This document shows positions 8,603-16,873 of a stretch of 17,132 bases of DNA, one piece after another. Both the position numbers and the translations under genes were made by a program. The notes below the pieces were generated by a model. It saw only the letters and a program-made list of their open reading frames with translations. It did not search any database and had not been told where the DNA came from. The stretch spans positions 39,014 through 56,145 of the forward strand of contig CAZJUB010000007.1 of the NCBI GenBank assembly GCA_964549075.1. Reading direction: 5' to 3'. The stretch is from an uncultured archaeon (GTDB lineage: Archaea; Asgardarchaeota; Heimdallarchaeia; Heimdallarchaeales; Heimdallarchaeaceae). The stretch's first letter is position 1, and the number at the start of each line of letters is the position of its first letter.

Positions 8603-8791
8603 TTAAAAAGCCATAAAATTTAATTTTCTAAATCTTGAAGTGCAATTTTCGCCTGATCGAGAATCTTTAAACTCTATTAATCTCTTTATTGCATAGAACC
8701 TATTTCTATCTTTTTTAGAATGTTCTAAACTATAGAGAGCTTTGTGAAACCATTCCTCGTCTCTCTTGTCTATATTTTTCCCACTTCTCAA
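8603..8791 (-). pseudogene. Probable remnant of a small HEAT-repeat protein (internal deletion or frameshift)
   Basis: LEHSKKDRNRFYAIKRLIEFKDSRS resembles a HEAT/PBS repeat. After RS the frame looks non-coding, while another frame (8658-8620) reads DQAKIALQDLEN*, like a HEAT repeat end. Confidence 0.4.
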
Positions 8792-8911
8792 AAAATGATT
8801 AACAATATTTAACCTTTATGAGTTCATCTAAACTTTCAATTTAATTATGCAACTTATAATTTAGAAATATTAATATAGCAAGCGAGTCGTAAGAAAAATA
8901 GTGATAATATT

Positions 8912-9292
8912 ATGGCTCGCCCAGCTGCATTTATAGGAGGAGCTTTAACAGCTATAGGTATTTTTGGGGTTATTATTTCAATAGTACAATTGACATACGG
9001 TTATTGGTGGCTACTTTTTTATCTTGGCATTGGAATCATCGGAGGATTCTCGTTAGGATCAGTATCTGCTTCATTCAGAGAGAAAGAGAAGAATGCTTAT
9101 TTGACACTTACAGGATTTATGCTTGCAGCATTAATTTTACTAACTGTTTTTCTTGGAATTTGGCAAAGTGACTATGAAGCTTTACAAAGAGCTATACCAG
9201 GTTTATGGGTTATCCTTATTTCTGCGTTTTCGGGCTTGATAACCTTTATTGGAGCAACTCTGATGTCAGTTGGAGACAATTTTAAAAGGTAA
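8912..9292 (+). CDS. Small membrane protein, about 4 TM helices, function unknown
   Basis: 126 aa ATG-started ORF with four hydrophobic Gly-rich segments separated by short charged loops (e.g. FREKEKN). Confidence 0.8.
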   Translation: MARPAAFIGGALTAIGIFGVIISIVQLTYGYWWLLFYLGIGIIGGFSLGSVSASFREKEKNAYLTLTGFMLAALILLTVFLGIWQSDYEALQRAIPGLWVILISAFSGLITFIGATLMSVGDNFKR

Positions 9293-9317
9293 TTTTGTCA
9301 TTAATACCATCAAAACC

Positions 9318-9330
9318 TTTTTTTTATATA
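9318..9330 (+). promoter_or_regulatory. Oligo-T tract merging into a TATA box (terminator of the upstream gene and/or promoter of the downstream gene)
   Basis: TTTTTTTTATATA lies 25 nt after the stop at 9292 and about 45 nt before ATG 9374. Confidence 0.4.
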
Positions 9331-9373
9331 CCACCTTACATTTGTTAAGAACATTAATTATTACAAGAGAACG

Positions 9374-10531
9374 ATGTTTATGACTGACATAAAATTCTTT
9401 CATCTAGGACAGTTTTTCAGCCTAAGAGCTCTAATTACTACAATTATAGGAGTAGGATTAATTGCTGTTACTGAATTTGTTCTTCCGTGGCGAGAACTAC
9501 TATATATTGAAGCACTGCAACAATGGATTTCTCCTGCAACAATAGTTTTCACTCTTGCTGTTATTATGATAGCTTCAGCTGTTGCAAAGAATATTGTTTC
9601 ATCAATATTTTTGGCCATTGCTGCAATTCTTTCATTCTATAATCCTTATGCAACCGCCTCATTATACGGTAATCTTTTTAATGCTGGCTATATCGCCATT
9701 AGTGTTATCTACGGTTTTACAGCACTACTATCTGGTATTTTTGCTTCTGTACAGATGACCGGTAGAACTGCATTATTGTGGATAGGGATAATTTATGGAT
9801 TACAAGGATTGATAGGCGCAGGAACAAGCATGTACCTTAGTTTCAATTCAGCTCAACAAGCATACCATGATGCAAATCTAGGAATAGCTTTTGGAGAATC
9901 AATTAATGGATTTCCAGTTTATGATACGGTATTCGGAATCTTTTCGATTATCTATATGTTGGTCTTCCTAATAATCTCTAGAAAAAGAGTCTCCACAACA
10001 GTTACAACAAACAAACATGCAATTATCGGACAAATTCTGATATTCTTAAGCATTGTCGCTGGATTACTTTTCATGGTCTTCGCTGGATTCAGATACACTC
10101 AAAATGATGCGATTGCAATCTATGGACAAACAAATGTTGAATTTATGAATATGATATTCTCAAAAGTACCAGGTGGTGAATTCACCTTTACTAAATACTT
10201 GAACATTTTCTATGTCTTGCCAATTGTAGGATTTGCAATTGGTATTGCAATGGGAATAATGGTGTATAAAAGAGCTCAAGGAACAACAGATAAAATGAGA
10301 TTCAATTTCGAAGGATCATTCTTATGGCTAAATCTAGCTCCATTAGTAGTTTGCTTACTTCTAAGCAACGTGGTTATTTTAGGGATAAACTCTAGCGCTT
10401 CTTTCTATCTTAACTTACCTGCAGTTACAGCAATCTTTACAGAATATACTTTTCTGTTACTAATCAATATGCTTGTGGCATACATTATCTTTAGAATAAT
10501 AGCATTCTTCAAAGCAATATCCAAGAAATGA
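9374..10531 (+). CDS. Polytopic membrane protein, about 10 TM helices, function unknown
   Basis: 385 aa with repeated hydrophobic segments of about 20 aa. I recognised no family motif. A T-rich tract follows the stop. Confidence 0.8.
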   Translation: MFMTDIKFFHLGQFFSLRALITTIIGVGLIAVTEFVLPWRELLYIEALQQWISPATIVFTLAVIMIASAVAKNIVSSIFLAIAAILSFYNPYATASLYGNLFNAGYIAISVIYGFTALLSGIFASVQMTGRTALLWIGIIYGLQGLIGAGTSMYLSFNSAQQAYHDANLGIAFGESINGFPVYDTVFGIFSIIYMLVFLIISRKRVSTTVTTNKHAIIGQILIFLSIVAGLLFMVFAGFRYTQNDAIAIYGQTNVEFMNMIFSKVPGGEFTFTKYLNIFYVLPIVGFAIGIAMGIMVYKRAQGTTDKMRFNFEGSFLWLNLAPLVVCLLLSNVVILGINSSASFYLNLPAVTAIFTEYTFLLLINMLVAYIIFRIIAFFKAISKK

Positions 10532-10555
10532 TTTTCATTTCTTTTATTCTATTTT

Positions 10556-11803
10556 TTAAAAAGCAATAGTCTCTTGTTCGTCTGAAATTTTCTGTTGACT
10601 TCTACTGGTTACCTGAGTTAATCTCTCTTTCATTTTTGGATTTAAACCAAATAACAAGGATCTACCTTTTTCTCCGGATACAACAACAACATTCTTGTCT
10701 TTTAATCTCTTAAGAAAACTCTTTGTTCCCATGTATTTACTTCTATATTCAGATGATGGTAACTTACCATATAAATGAATAGTAATTTCTTTTGCTGTAG
10801 CATCCTTATGCATAAGATATTCGCAAACTTGTCTTTCTCTATAGGGAAAATTATTGAGTGCTTGTTGAATCATAAATTTATCATGGTCTTCAAGTCCATC
10901 TTGTACTGTTGATGGTGAAAATAAGTCTAACACTTCAGAAACATCTTCTTCACTTACAGTTTTAGAACCTTTTTTTAGCGTATAAGTATAAGCATTAGAA
11001 AGTATAGAAATAAAAATCCAAGGATTTCCTACAGCAGTACTCCATGCACGTTGAATTGCATTCTCAGAAAATACTTCATTTACTCTGAAAGAGGCTTTAT
11101 TGAGAGCATAACACATTCTTGAGCGAATAAGCTCTTTTGCTTCAACAAGTTTCAAAGCAGGGATTTTTATACGATATGTAAAATCAGACCATCCTTTCTC
11201 CATTAATCCTGTTCGACTTAATTGCATATTATTTTCATTTACGGATATGATAGCTGAAAAATTCCCTTTTAATGACTTATGAATTTTAGCAGTGTCACTT
11301 GAGATATCACGAAGTTTATCACCTTTAAAATCATCTAACAGTACCACTATGAGAGAATTAGTGTTTTTAACATAGTTTTGTAATTCAAACATATTAAGCT
11401 CTTTTGTTGTGAAGAATTTATTCAAAACTTTTTCAGATATCTTTTGAACATATTTAGTAAAAAGATATTCTTTGAAATCTTCGTCATTAAAAAGAATTAC
11501 ATGGATTTTATCAAATTCTGTATATTTCCAGAGAGATTCCTGCATTCCTTCCTTTAGAAGATACATAAGATATGATTTTCCTGATTTTATATCTCCACTA
11601 ATTGAGTTAATGGAATTTCCTGAACTAACAATCTTAATCAGATTAGCTATTTGGCTGTTTAAGTTTTCAGATGAAACATATAATTCGGGGAGAGGTTCCA
11701 TAGTCCAGGGGTCTCTTCTAAATTCTTGATTTTGTACATCAAATTCGTCATCTTTGATATATTTAGAAATTTTAAAGACCCGATCTAATAGGTTTTCTGA
11801 CAA
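10556..11803 (-). CDS. AAA+ (ExeA/Cdc6-like) P-loop protein with C-terminal winged helix, partly degenerate
   Basis: N-terminal FRRDPW..EP (NPF-like motif), Walker A GDIKSGKS, Walker B VVLLDDF and helical lid AVGNPW. C-terminal wHTH RERQVCEYL...TAKEI...LKRLKDKNVV...GRSLLFGL. Confidence 0.7.
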   Translation of the reverse strand: MSENLLDRVFKISKYIKDDEFDVQNQEFRRDPWTMEPLPELYVSSENLNSQIANLIKIVSSGNSINSISGDIKSGKSYLMYLLKEGMQESLWKYTEFDKIHVILFNDEDFKEYLFTKYVQKISEKVLNKFFTTKELNMFELQNYVKNTNSLIVVLLDDFKGDKLRDISSDTAKIHKSLKGNFSAIISVNENNMQLSRTGLMEKGWSDFTYRIKIPALKLVEAKELIRSRMCYALNKASFRVNEVFSENAIQRAWSTAVGNPWIFISILSNAYTYTLKKGSKTVSEEDVSEVLDLFSPSTVQDGLEDHDKFMIQQALNNFPYRERQVCEYLMHKDATAKEITIHLYGKLPSSEYRSKYMGTKSFLKRLKDKNVVVVSGEKGRSLLFGLNPKMKERLTQVTSRSQQKISDEQETIAF

Positions 11804-11932
11804 AGTATCCCCAGTTCTAATTGTAAAATTTTCTTTATATACTTTGTTACGTCGGAAAAACGAAATTTAGATTTAAAGCCACTTCTTTCTAATAGACGAT
11901 AAAAATTATTAAGCTGATTAAATAAAATTTTG

Positions 11933-13021
11933 ATGAAAATAATGTTTCATGTATCATCACCAGCTAGAGTTTGTCTTTATGGAGAACATCAAGATTATCT
12001 TAATCTAAGAGTCATACCTGCTGCAATCAATCTGAGATTGAACATCTTATCAGAATTTTCATACCAAGAAAACATTCTAGTAGAAAGTAGAGATTTAAAA
12101 AGAAAAACCTCAATTTCAAATACTCTTACGGAATTATATAGTAAAAAAGGAAGCTTAGAATCTTATCTTGAAGCTGGTATGTTAGCATTGAAAAATAACT
12201 TCCCAGATTTAGCAATTCCAGCATTAGAAATAATCATCGAAAGTAAAATTCCAATAGCTAGCGGTCTATCTAGTTCAGCTGCACTACTTGTAGCATGGGT
12301 AAAAAATCTAAGCGGTTTACTTAAACTTAATTTATCAAAAAAACAAGTAGCTGAGCTTGCATATGATGCTGAACACAATATTCTTGGAGTACCGTGTGGG
12401 AGAATGGACCAATATGCTTGTTCTTTTGGAGGCATCATCAGTCTTTCAGGTAGTAATCCTCCAGAAGTAGTTGAATTAAATAAACCTAACATCGACTTAA
12501 TTGTTGTCGATAGTCAAACTCCAAAGCTCACTAGTGACGTTCATGGGAATAAAGTAAATCGAATTAAAAGAATTATAACAAATTTCGAAAAAGAAACACA
12601 GTTAAAATTAACAGAGTTATCCTTAGATATTTTAAAAAACAAACAAAATAGATTAAAAGATGCAGATTTCAAAATTCTTAATGGTGTAATATCTATTAAA
12701 GAATATACAGAAGAAGCTGAATCAGAATTAATGAAGGATCAAATGAATCTTGAAAAACTTGGAGAATTGTTAACTAAACAACACAATTCATTAAGGGATA
12801 ATATACAAGTTTCTTTACCTATACTTGATAAAATTGTTAATGAGAGTTTGACATTTGGTGCTCTTGGTGCAAAATTAACAGGAGCAGGATTAGGAGGATG
12901 TGTGGTGATTATGACAAAAGACAATACAAAAAATGTTGCAAAAAAATTAAACCAGAAACTCAAACTCCCTGTTAAAATTGTAGAAATTGATAAAGGAGTA
13001 TCATTTCAAGAAAAGAATTAG
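11933..13021 (+). CDS. GHMP kinase, galactokinase-like
   Basis: SPARVCLYGEHQDY, PIASGLSSSAA, CGRMDQY and GAKLTGAGLGG. The start is ATG 11933 or 11942. The sugar substrate cannot be determined from motifs. Confidence 0.85.
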   Translation: MKIMFHVSSPARVCLYGEHQDYLNLRVIPAAINLRLNILSEFSYQENILVESRDLKRKTSISNTLTELYSKKGSLESYLEAGMLALKNNFPDLAIPALEIIIESKIPIASGLSSSAALLVAWVKNLSGLLKLNLSKKQVAELAYDAEHNILGVPCGRMDQYACSFGGIISLSGSNPPEVVELNKPNIDLIVVDSQTPKLTSDVHGNKVNRIKRIITNFEKETQLKLTELSLDILKNKQNRLKDADFKILNGVISIKEYTEEAESELMKDQMNLEKLGELLTKQHNSLRDNIQVSLPILDKIVNESLTFGALGAKLTGAGLGGCVVIMTKDNTKNVAKKLNQKLKLPVKIVEIDKGVSFQEKN

Positions 13022-13028
13022 AGTCTAA

Positions 13029-13880
13029 TCAGCAATTTAAGATTACTTCTGCTACTCTAATAGCTTCTAAAGTAGGTTTAACATCATGTGTTCTAACAAC
13101 ATGTGCTCCATTTACAAGAGCAACAATTGTAGCTCCAATAGATCCGAACAACCTTTGGTCAGGTGGAGCATCATTCAATGCTTTACCTATTGATGTTTTC
13201 CTACTTATCCCAACATAAATCGGTTTTTGCAGTTTTCTAAATTCTTCTAAATTTTTGATTATTTTATAATCATGTTGAAAATCTCTTGCTTCCCAACTTC
13301 CTATTCCAGGATCTATAACAATATTACTGCCTCTAATTCCGGAATCTAAACCGATATCAATACTCTTCCTTAACTCAGACAAGATATCTTCTATTGTATA
13401 GACATCTCCAGGTTCATTTTTAGCAGCCATTATTACAGCAGAAGCATCAAAATCAGCTATTATCTTTGCGATATCTCGTTCTTTTTTAAAACCAGAAATA
13501 TCATTTATAATTTTGATACCCATATTTAATGCACTTTCTGCAACATTTTTTCTTTGAGTATCAACAGAAACCTCAATTTTATCATAGCTACTTAAGATAT
13601 CTAAACTTACTTTAAGCGCTGAATCCACAATTTCTCGTTCCTGTATTTTATCAATTCGTCCTTCTCCGCCATATATTTGGATGGGTCTAGTTGATTGTGC
13701 TCCTATATCTAAACAATCTACTCCTTCTTGAATTATTTCAGTGACTTTCTTTCCTACATCAGTATCTGATATAGCAATTGAACCTTTGAAAAATGATGCT
13801 GAAGATAGGTTTACAACACCAACTATTCTTGTAGGAAGTGTATCACCGACTTCTAATGAACCCAAATATCCTTTAATCAT
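13029..13880 (-). CDS. folP: Dihydropteroate synthase
   Basis: VGVVNLS..SF, DIGAQSTRP, SVDT, IINDISG, IDPGIG, GISRK and RTHDV are the conserved DHPS motifs. Confidence 0.93.
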   Translation of the reverse strand: MIKGYLGSLEVGDTLPTRIVGVVNLSSASFFKGSIAISDTDVGKKVTEIIQEGVDCLDIGAQSTRPIQIYGGEGRIDKIQEREIVDSALKVSLDILSSYDKIEVSVDTQRKNVAESALNMGIKIINDISGFKKERDIAKIIADFDASAVIMAAKNEPGDVYTIEDILSELRKSIDIGLDSGIRGSNIVIDPGIGSWEARDFQHDYKIIKNLEEFRKLQKPIYVGISRKTSIGKALNDAPPDQRLFGSIGATIVALVNGAHVVRTHDVKPTLEAIRVAEVILNC

Positions 13881-14673
13881 TTGAAATCACCTTTTTTCTT
13901 AAGAAAGGACCTATGAACATACATTGCTCAGCAGTAATTTGCTTATTTAGGTCTATTTCTTTATCTGATGGTATTCTTCGGATAGGATAATCCCTTATTA
14001 TAACAAAGGGAATTTGCTCATTTGTTTCACCCATTACAATTTCAGCTGCAGTCGCGAGTTGATCAGCTAAAGCTCGAACAGTAATATGCATTTTTCTGCC
14101 AAACAAGTCATCATGCCCTCTTTCATCCAAGAGAGACACAAAACCAAAAGTTGCTAAAGCAGATCCAACAGTTCCAAGTCTCAAAGGAGTTGTTCTTGAA
14201 TCCGCAATAATTACACCAACATATGAACCTGTTTTTTCCAGAATTTGTTTATGCATTTCTTCAGCTGATTTCTTGCAGTTTTTAGGTAAAAGGATTACTT
14301 TTTTTTCCCCTGCATTAGATTGATCAGCTCCAGCATTAGCTAAAAGACCATATTCGTTGATAGTTGTAATGGCACCAGGAACAAATCCTGTAAAGTTACC
14401 ATGGGATTCTTCAAGAATAATTTGTGCAAATTCAGGATCTATTTTGGCTTTATCAGCTAATTCTATAGCTTTACTTGTAGGATTAACTGATGAGTAAGAT
14501 AGTATGTTTCCTTCTGCAACTGCTACAACTTTACTAGCAATAACAAGAACATCATCATCCAATAATTTTAGTTCATTTTTTTGTAAGCTTCCTATAAGTA
14601 TTGAAATCAAATCATCTTTCAGTTCAATTATTTTAGATGAGGGAACGGGTATTATTTGAATCTTAGGCATCAA
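13873..14673 (-). CDS. cofE: CofE family gamma-glutamyl ligase (F420-0:glutamate ligase-like; possibly acting on folate)
   Basis: DDDVLVIASKVVAVAEG, LANAGADQSN, GVIIADS...PLRLG, DLFGR, ADQLA.AA.IVMGETNEQIPFVIIR. Overlaps folP by 8 nt. Confidence 0.88.
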   Translation of the reverse strand: MMPKIQIIPVPSSKIIELKDDLISILIGSLQKNELKLLDDDVLVIASKVVAVAEGNILSYSSVNPTSKAIELADKAKIDPEFAQIILEESHGNFTGFVPGAITTINEYGLLANAGADQSNAGEKKVILLPKNCKKSAEEMHKQILEKTGSYVGVIIADSRTTPLRLGTVGSALATFGFVSLLDERGHDDLFGRKMHITVRALADQLATAAEIVMGETNEQIPFVIIRDYPIRRIPSDKEIDLNKQITAEQCMFIGPFLRKKVISND

Positions 14674-14731
14674 GTGAGCTTGTTTTTTTCCTTAAAAAAA
14701 CTCTTCTACCTTTGCTTTTTCAATGCAAATA

Positions 14732-15574
14732 TCATGCTATGAAAACTGCAATTAACCATGAAATTGCAATAATTATTACTGCTATTACATTTAATACTGC
14801 ATAGAAATTTGTTGTTTCCTCACTATAAATATAATTTATATCTCTAACAATATGATTTAATTTTGTATCAATAGCTTCTAAAGTTTCTTTTCCTTCATTA
14901 CTAGAAACAAATTGCTCGTTTGAAGAACTTAAAACTTCTACAAAACCATGTAACAACTGTTTATCGCCTTCGAGCATTGCAGAAGGTTTGATTGATTGTA
15001 TTTTCTGATGAAGGATTTGAACTTCTGCTTGAGACAGTTTCGGTAGTTCCCATTTGATGTCGAATTCTACTAAATTAGCCAAATGAGTAGTTACATCATC
15101 GTAATAGATATCAAATGGAATTGCTTTGTAATCTAAATCGTCTATCATTCTAAAAAACTTGATCTCTAAATCTTTCTGATCAAATGTATTGTAATATTTT
15201 GAGGGGTCTATTACAAGAGCTACAGCTTGAGAAAAAAGACTCTGATAAGTTCTTTGTGTGCTTTTATCGGTTCCAGACAGAAAACAACCATAAGAAGGAT
15301 GAGTATGTGCCCATCCAACAATTGTTTCTTTCTTATCTCGCTTCTGAAGTTCTGTAGCAATTTGAACTAAAGCTTCATCATCCAGTACAACATAGGTAGA
15401 AGTTTGTTGTTGCTTTCCTGTATCAAAATCAGTTATGACTAAAGTTTTACTATCTTCCTCAACATATCCAAGTAATAATCCTGCAGATTCCTTCGAATGG
15501 TCTAAAGAGTCAACTGCAAGAATCTTTGCTAATACATAGGCGGAGATTAGTATCTCTTGGTTAGAGTTAGTCAT
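14732..15574 (-). CDS. JAB1/MPN/Mov34 (JAMM) metallo-isopeptidase with C-terminal transmembrane anchor
   Basis: ESAGLLLG, GWAHTHPSYGCFLSGTD (intact E...HxH-x7-S-x2-D) and AVALVIDP. The last 24 residues are hydrophobic (FYAVLNVIAVIIIAISWLIAVFIA*). ATG 15574 follows AGGAG and is preferred over TTG 15592. Confidence 0.88.
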   Translation of the reverse strand: MTNSNQEILISAYVLAKILAVDSLDHSKESAGLLLGYVEEDSKTLVITDFDTGKQQQTSTYVVLDDEALVQIATELQKRDKKETIVGWAHTHPSYGCFLSGTDKSTQRTYQSLFSQAVALVIDPSKYYNTFDQKDLEIKFFRMIDDLDYKAIPFDIYYDDVTTHLANLVEFDIKWELPKLSQAEVQILHQKIQSIKPSAMLEGDKQLLHGFVEVLSSSNEQFVSSNEGKETLEAIDTKLNHIVRDINYIYSEETTNFYAVLNVIAVIIIAISWLIAVFIA

Positions 15575-15622
15575 CTCAATTCTCCTTTTCAATCCACCTT
15601 TAAAATACTTTTTGCAGAAGAA

Positions 15623-16669
15623 TCATATAAAATTATTTATTTCTTTACTAATAGGTTGTTCAGTTAGTAAGAGAACAGCTAATTCTTTAAGTAGAAGAAT
15701 GTCTGAATGATTTAGAGAAACATTTTGGGTAGTTGTTTTGTCTAGAATGTCCATCATTGCCCAGATTGCTATAAAGAAATCAAGTGGATATCCTTTAGGA
15801 TATAATTCCTCTAAAGGTGTAGAGTTGACTTCTTTTAAATGAACATTATATCCTTGAATGAAATCCTTGATATCATCAATGATTGCGTCTAGTTTTTTTG
15901 CAGATCTATATTCTAAGAAAGCTTGTCTTCCAAAAAAAGTTCCTATATCTTCAAAACGGTCAAATGCTCCTTGCATCCAAAAAGTAGGATCTATTAAAGC
16001 GATTCCTAGAACTTCATTCTGAGGAGATGTTCTTACCATAAGGTTACTCTGATGAAAATCACCAAAAGCATCACTACCCCCCTTTGAAACTGCTATCATC
16101 TCAAGCAAGCGTTTTGATCGATCCATTATTTTCTGTTCTATTTCTTCTCCACCATATACTGAAAGAACTAAACGTCTATAGAGTTCCTCATAAATATCTG
16201 TAATTGCTGGTCGAGGCTTTCCTTCATGTATTATTGATAGTACATAGCCTGCCCAGAAGCTTTTATCTCTAATATTATAAGCATCCTCATAGTTAATCCC
16301 AGAAACACCTTCATAAGCAATAAAAGTAGGTGATTTTAAACTGACATAAACATATCTTGGTATTTTTACCACTGAACGGGTGGAAAATTTTTTTTCTAAA
16401 AATGAGGAATTTTTAATTTCCGTGATTGCCTCAGTAGGACTCTCCATAAATTTAATAGCTAATTTTGTTTTATGTGTGTCATAAAATGAAGTATACATTA
16501 CATCGATAACATACACATCACCAAATCTTCCTCCGGTTTTTACATATTCGATATCTTGTATTTGTACTTCTAGAACATCTTTTCCTATCTCTCTTCGAGC
16601 TTCATCTATAAGGTAATAAGAAAAAGAACTTACCAGCTGTATTAGTAGAGGTTTGAGTGAATCACTCAT
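15623..16669 (-). CDS. Protein-kinase-like fold phosphotransferase (APH/choline kinase-like)
   Basis: Gly loop TGGRFGDVY, LAIKF lysine, helix-C E (TEIKN), catalytic loop GDFHQSNLMV, metal-binding LIDP and downstream DRFEDIG. Confidence 0.75.
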   Translation of the reverse strand: MSDSLKPLLIQLVSSFSYYLIDEARREIGKDVLEVQIQDIEYVKTGGRFGDVYVIDVMYTSFYDTHKTKLAIKFMESPTEAITEIKNSSFLEKKFSTRSVVKIPRYVYVSLKSPTFIAYEGVSGINYEDAYNIRDKSFWAGYVLSIIHEGKPRPAITDIYEELYRRLVLSVYGGEEIEQKIMDRSKRLLEMIAVSKGGSDAFGDFHQSNLMVRTSPQNEVLGIALIDPTFWMQGAFDRFEDIGTFFGRQAFLEYRSAKKLDAIIDDIKDFIQGYNVHLKEVNSTPLEELYPKGYPLDFFIAIWAMMDILDKTTTQNVSLNHSDILLLKELAVLLLTEQPISKEINNFI

Positions 16670-16873
16670 AGTAGATTATTATGAATTTGAGTTCTTAAAT
16701 TTTAGTTTAGCAGTAGTGTTATTACGACTCAAGATTTGTAATATTATATTTTCTCAACTCTTGTTCTCTTACAATCCAAAATATTGCTTGATGGAAACTT
16801 AAGAAAAGTTAATAAAACATTAAAAGTAGTAAGAATTGAGATTTTAGCTCAATGCCCCTAAAGTGGTTACTAC

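Noticed and set aside
187-11716. Shared RDPW peptide at the TFB C-terminus and the AAA+ N-terminus
   Set aside because: A four-residue match is expected by chance, and in the ATPase it corresponds to the usual NPF-like motif.
10556-11803. Canonical Orc1/Cdc6 with an adjacent replication origin
   Set aside because: Key catalytic residues appear to be missing, and I saw no ORB-like G-string repeats in the short flanking intergenic regions.
4051-12963. Antisense ORFs 4051-4305, 4966-5199, 9400-9618, 11472-11729, 12163-12492 and 12739-12963
   Set aside because: All are shadows nested opposite longer, better-supported genes.
11933-13021. Mevalonate kinase assignment
   Set aside because: GEHQDY and CGRMDQ fit the galactokinase-like branch better. 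The gene symbol is withheld because the substrate is uncertain.
13029-13034. Cys-TGA at the folP end as selenocysteine readthrough
   Set aside because: The DHPS domain is already complete, readthrough would run antisense into the GHMP kinase gene, and I saw no SECIS-like hairpin.
16670-16873. tRNA or structured ncRNA in the longest intergenic gap
   Set aside because: It is very AT-rich with no cloverleaf or GC-rich stems, and is adequately explained as divergent promoters.
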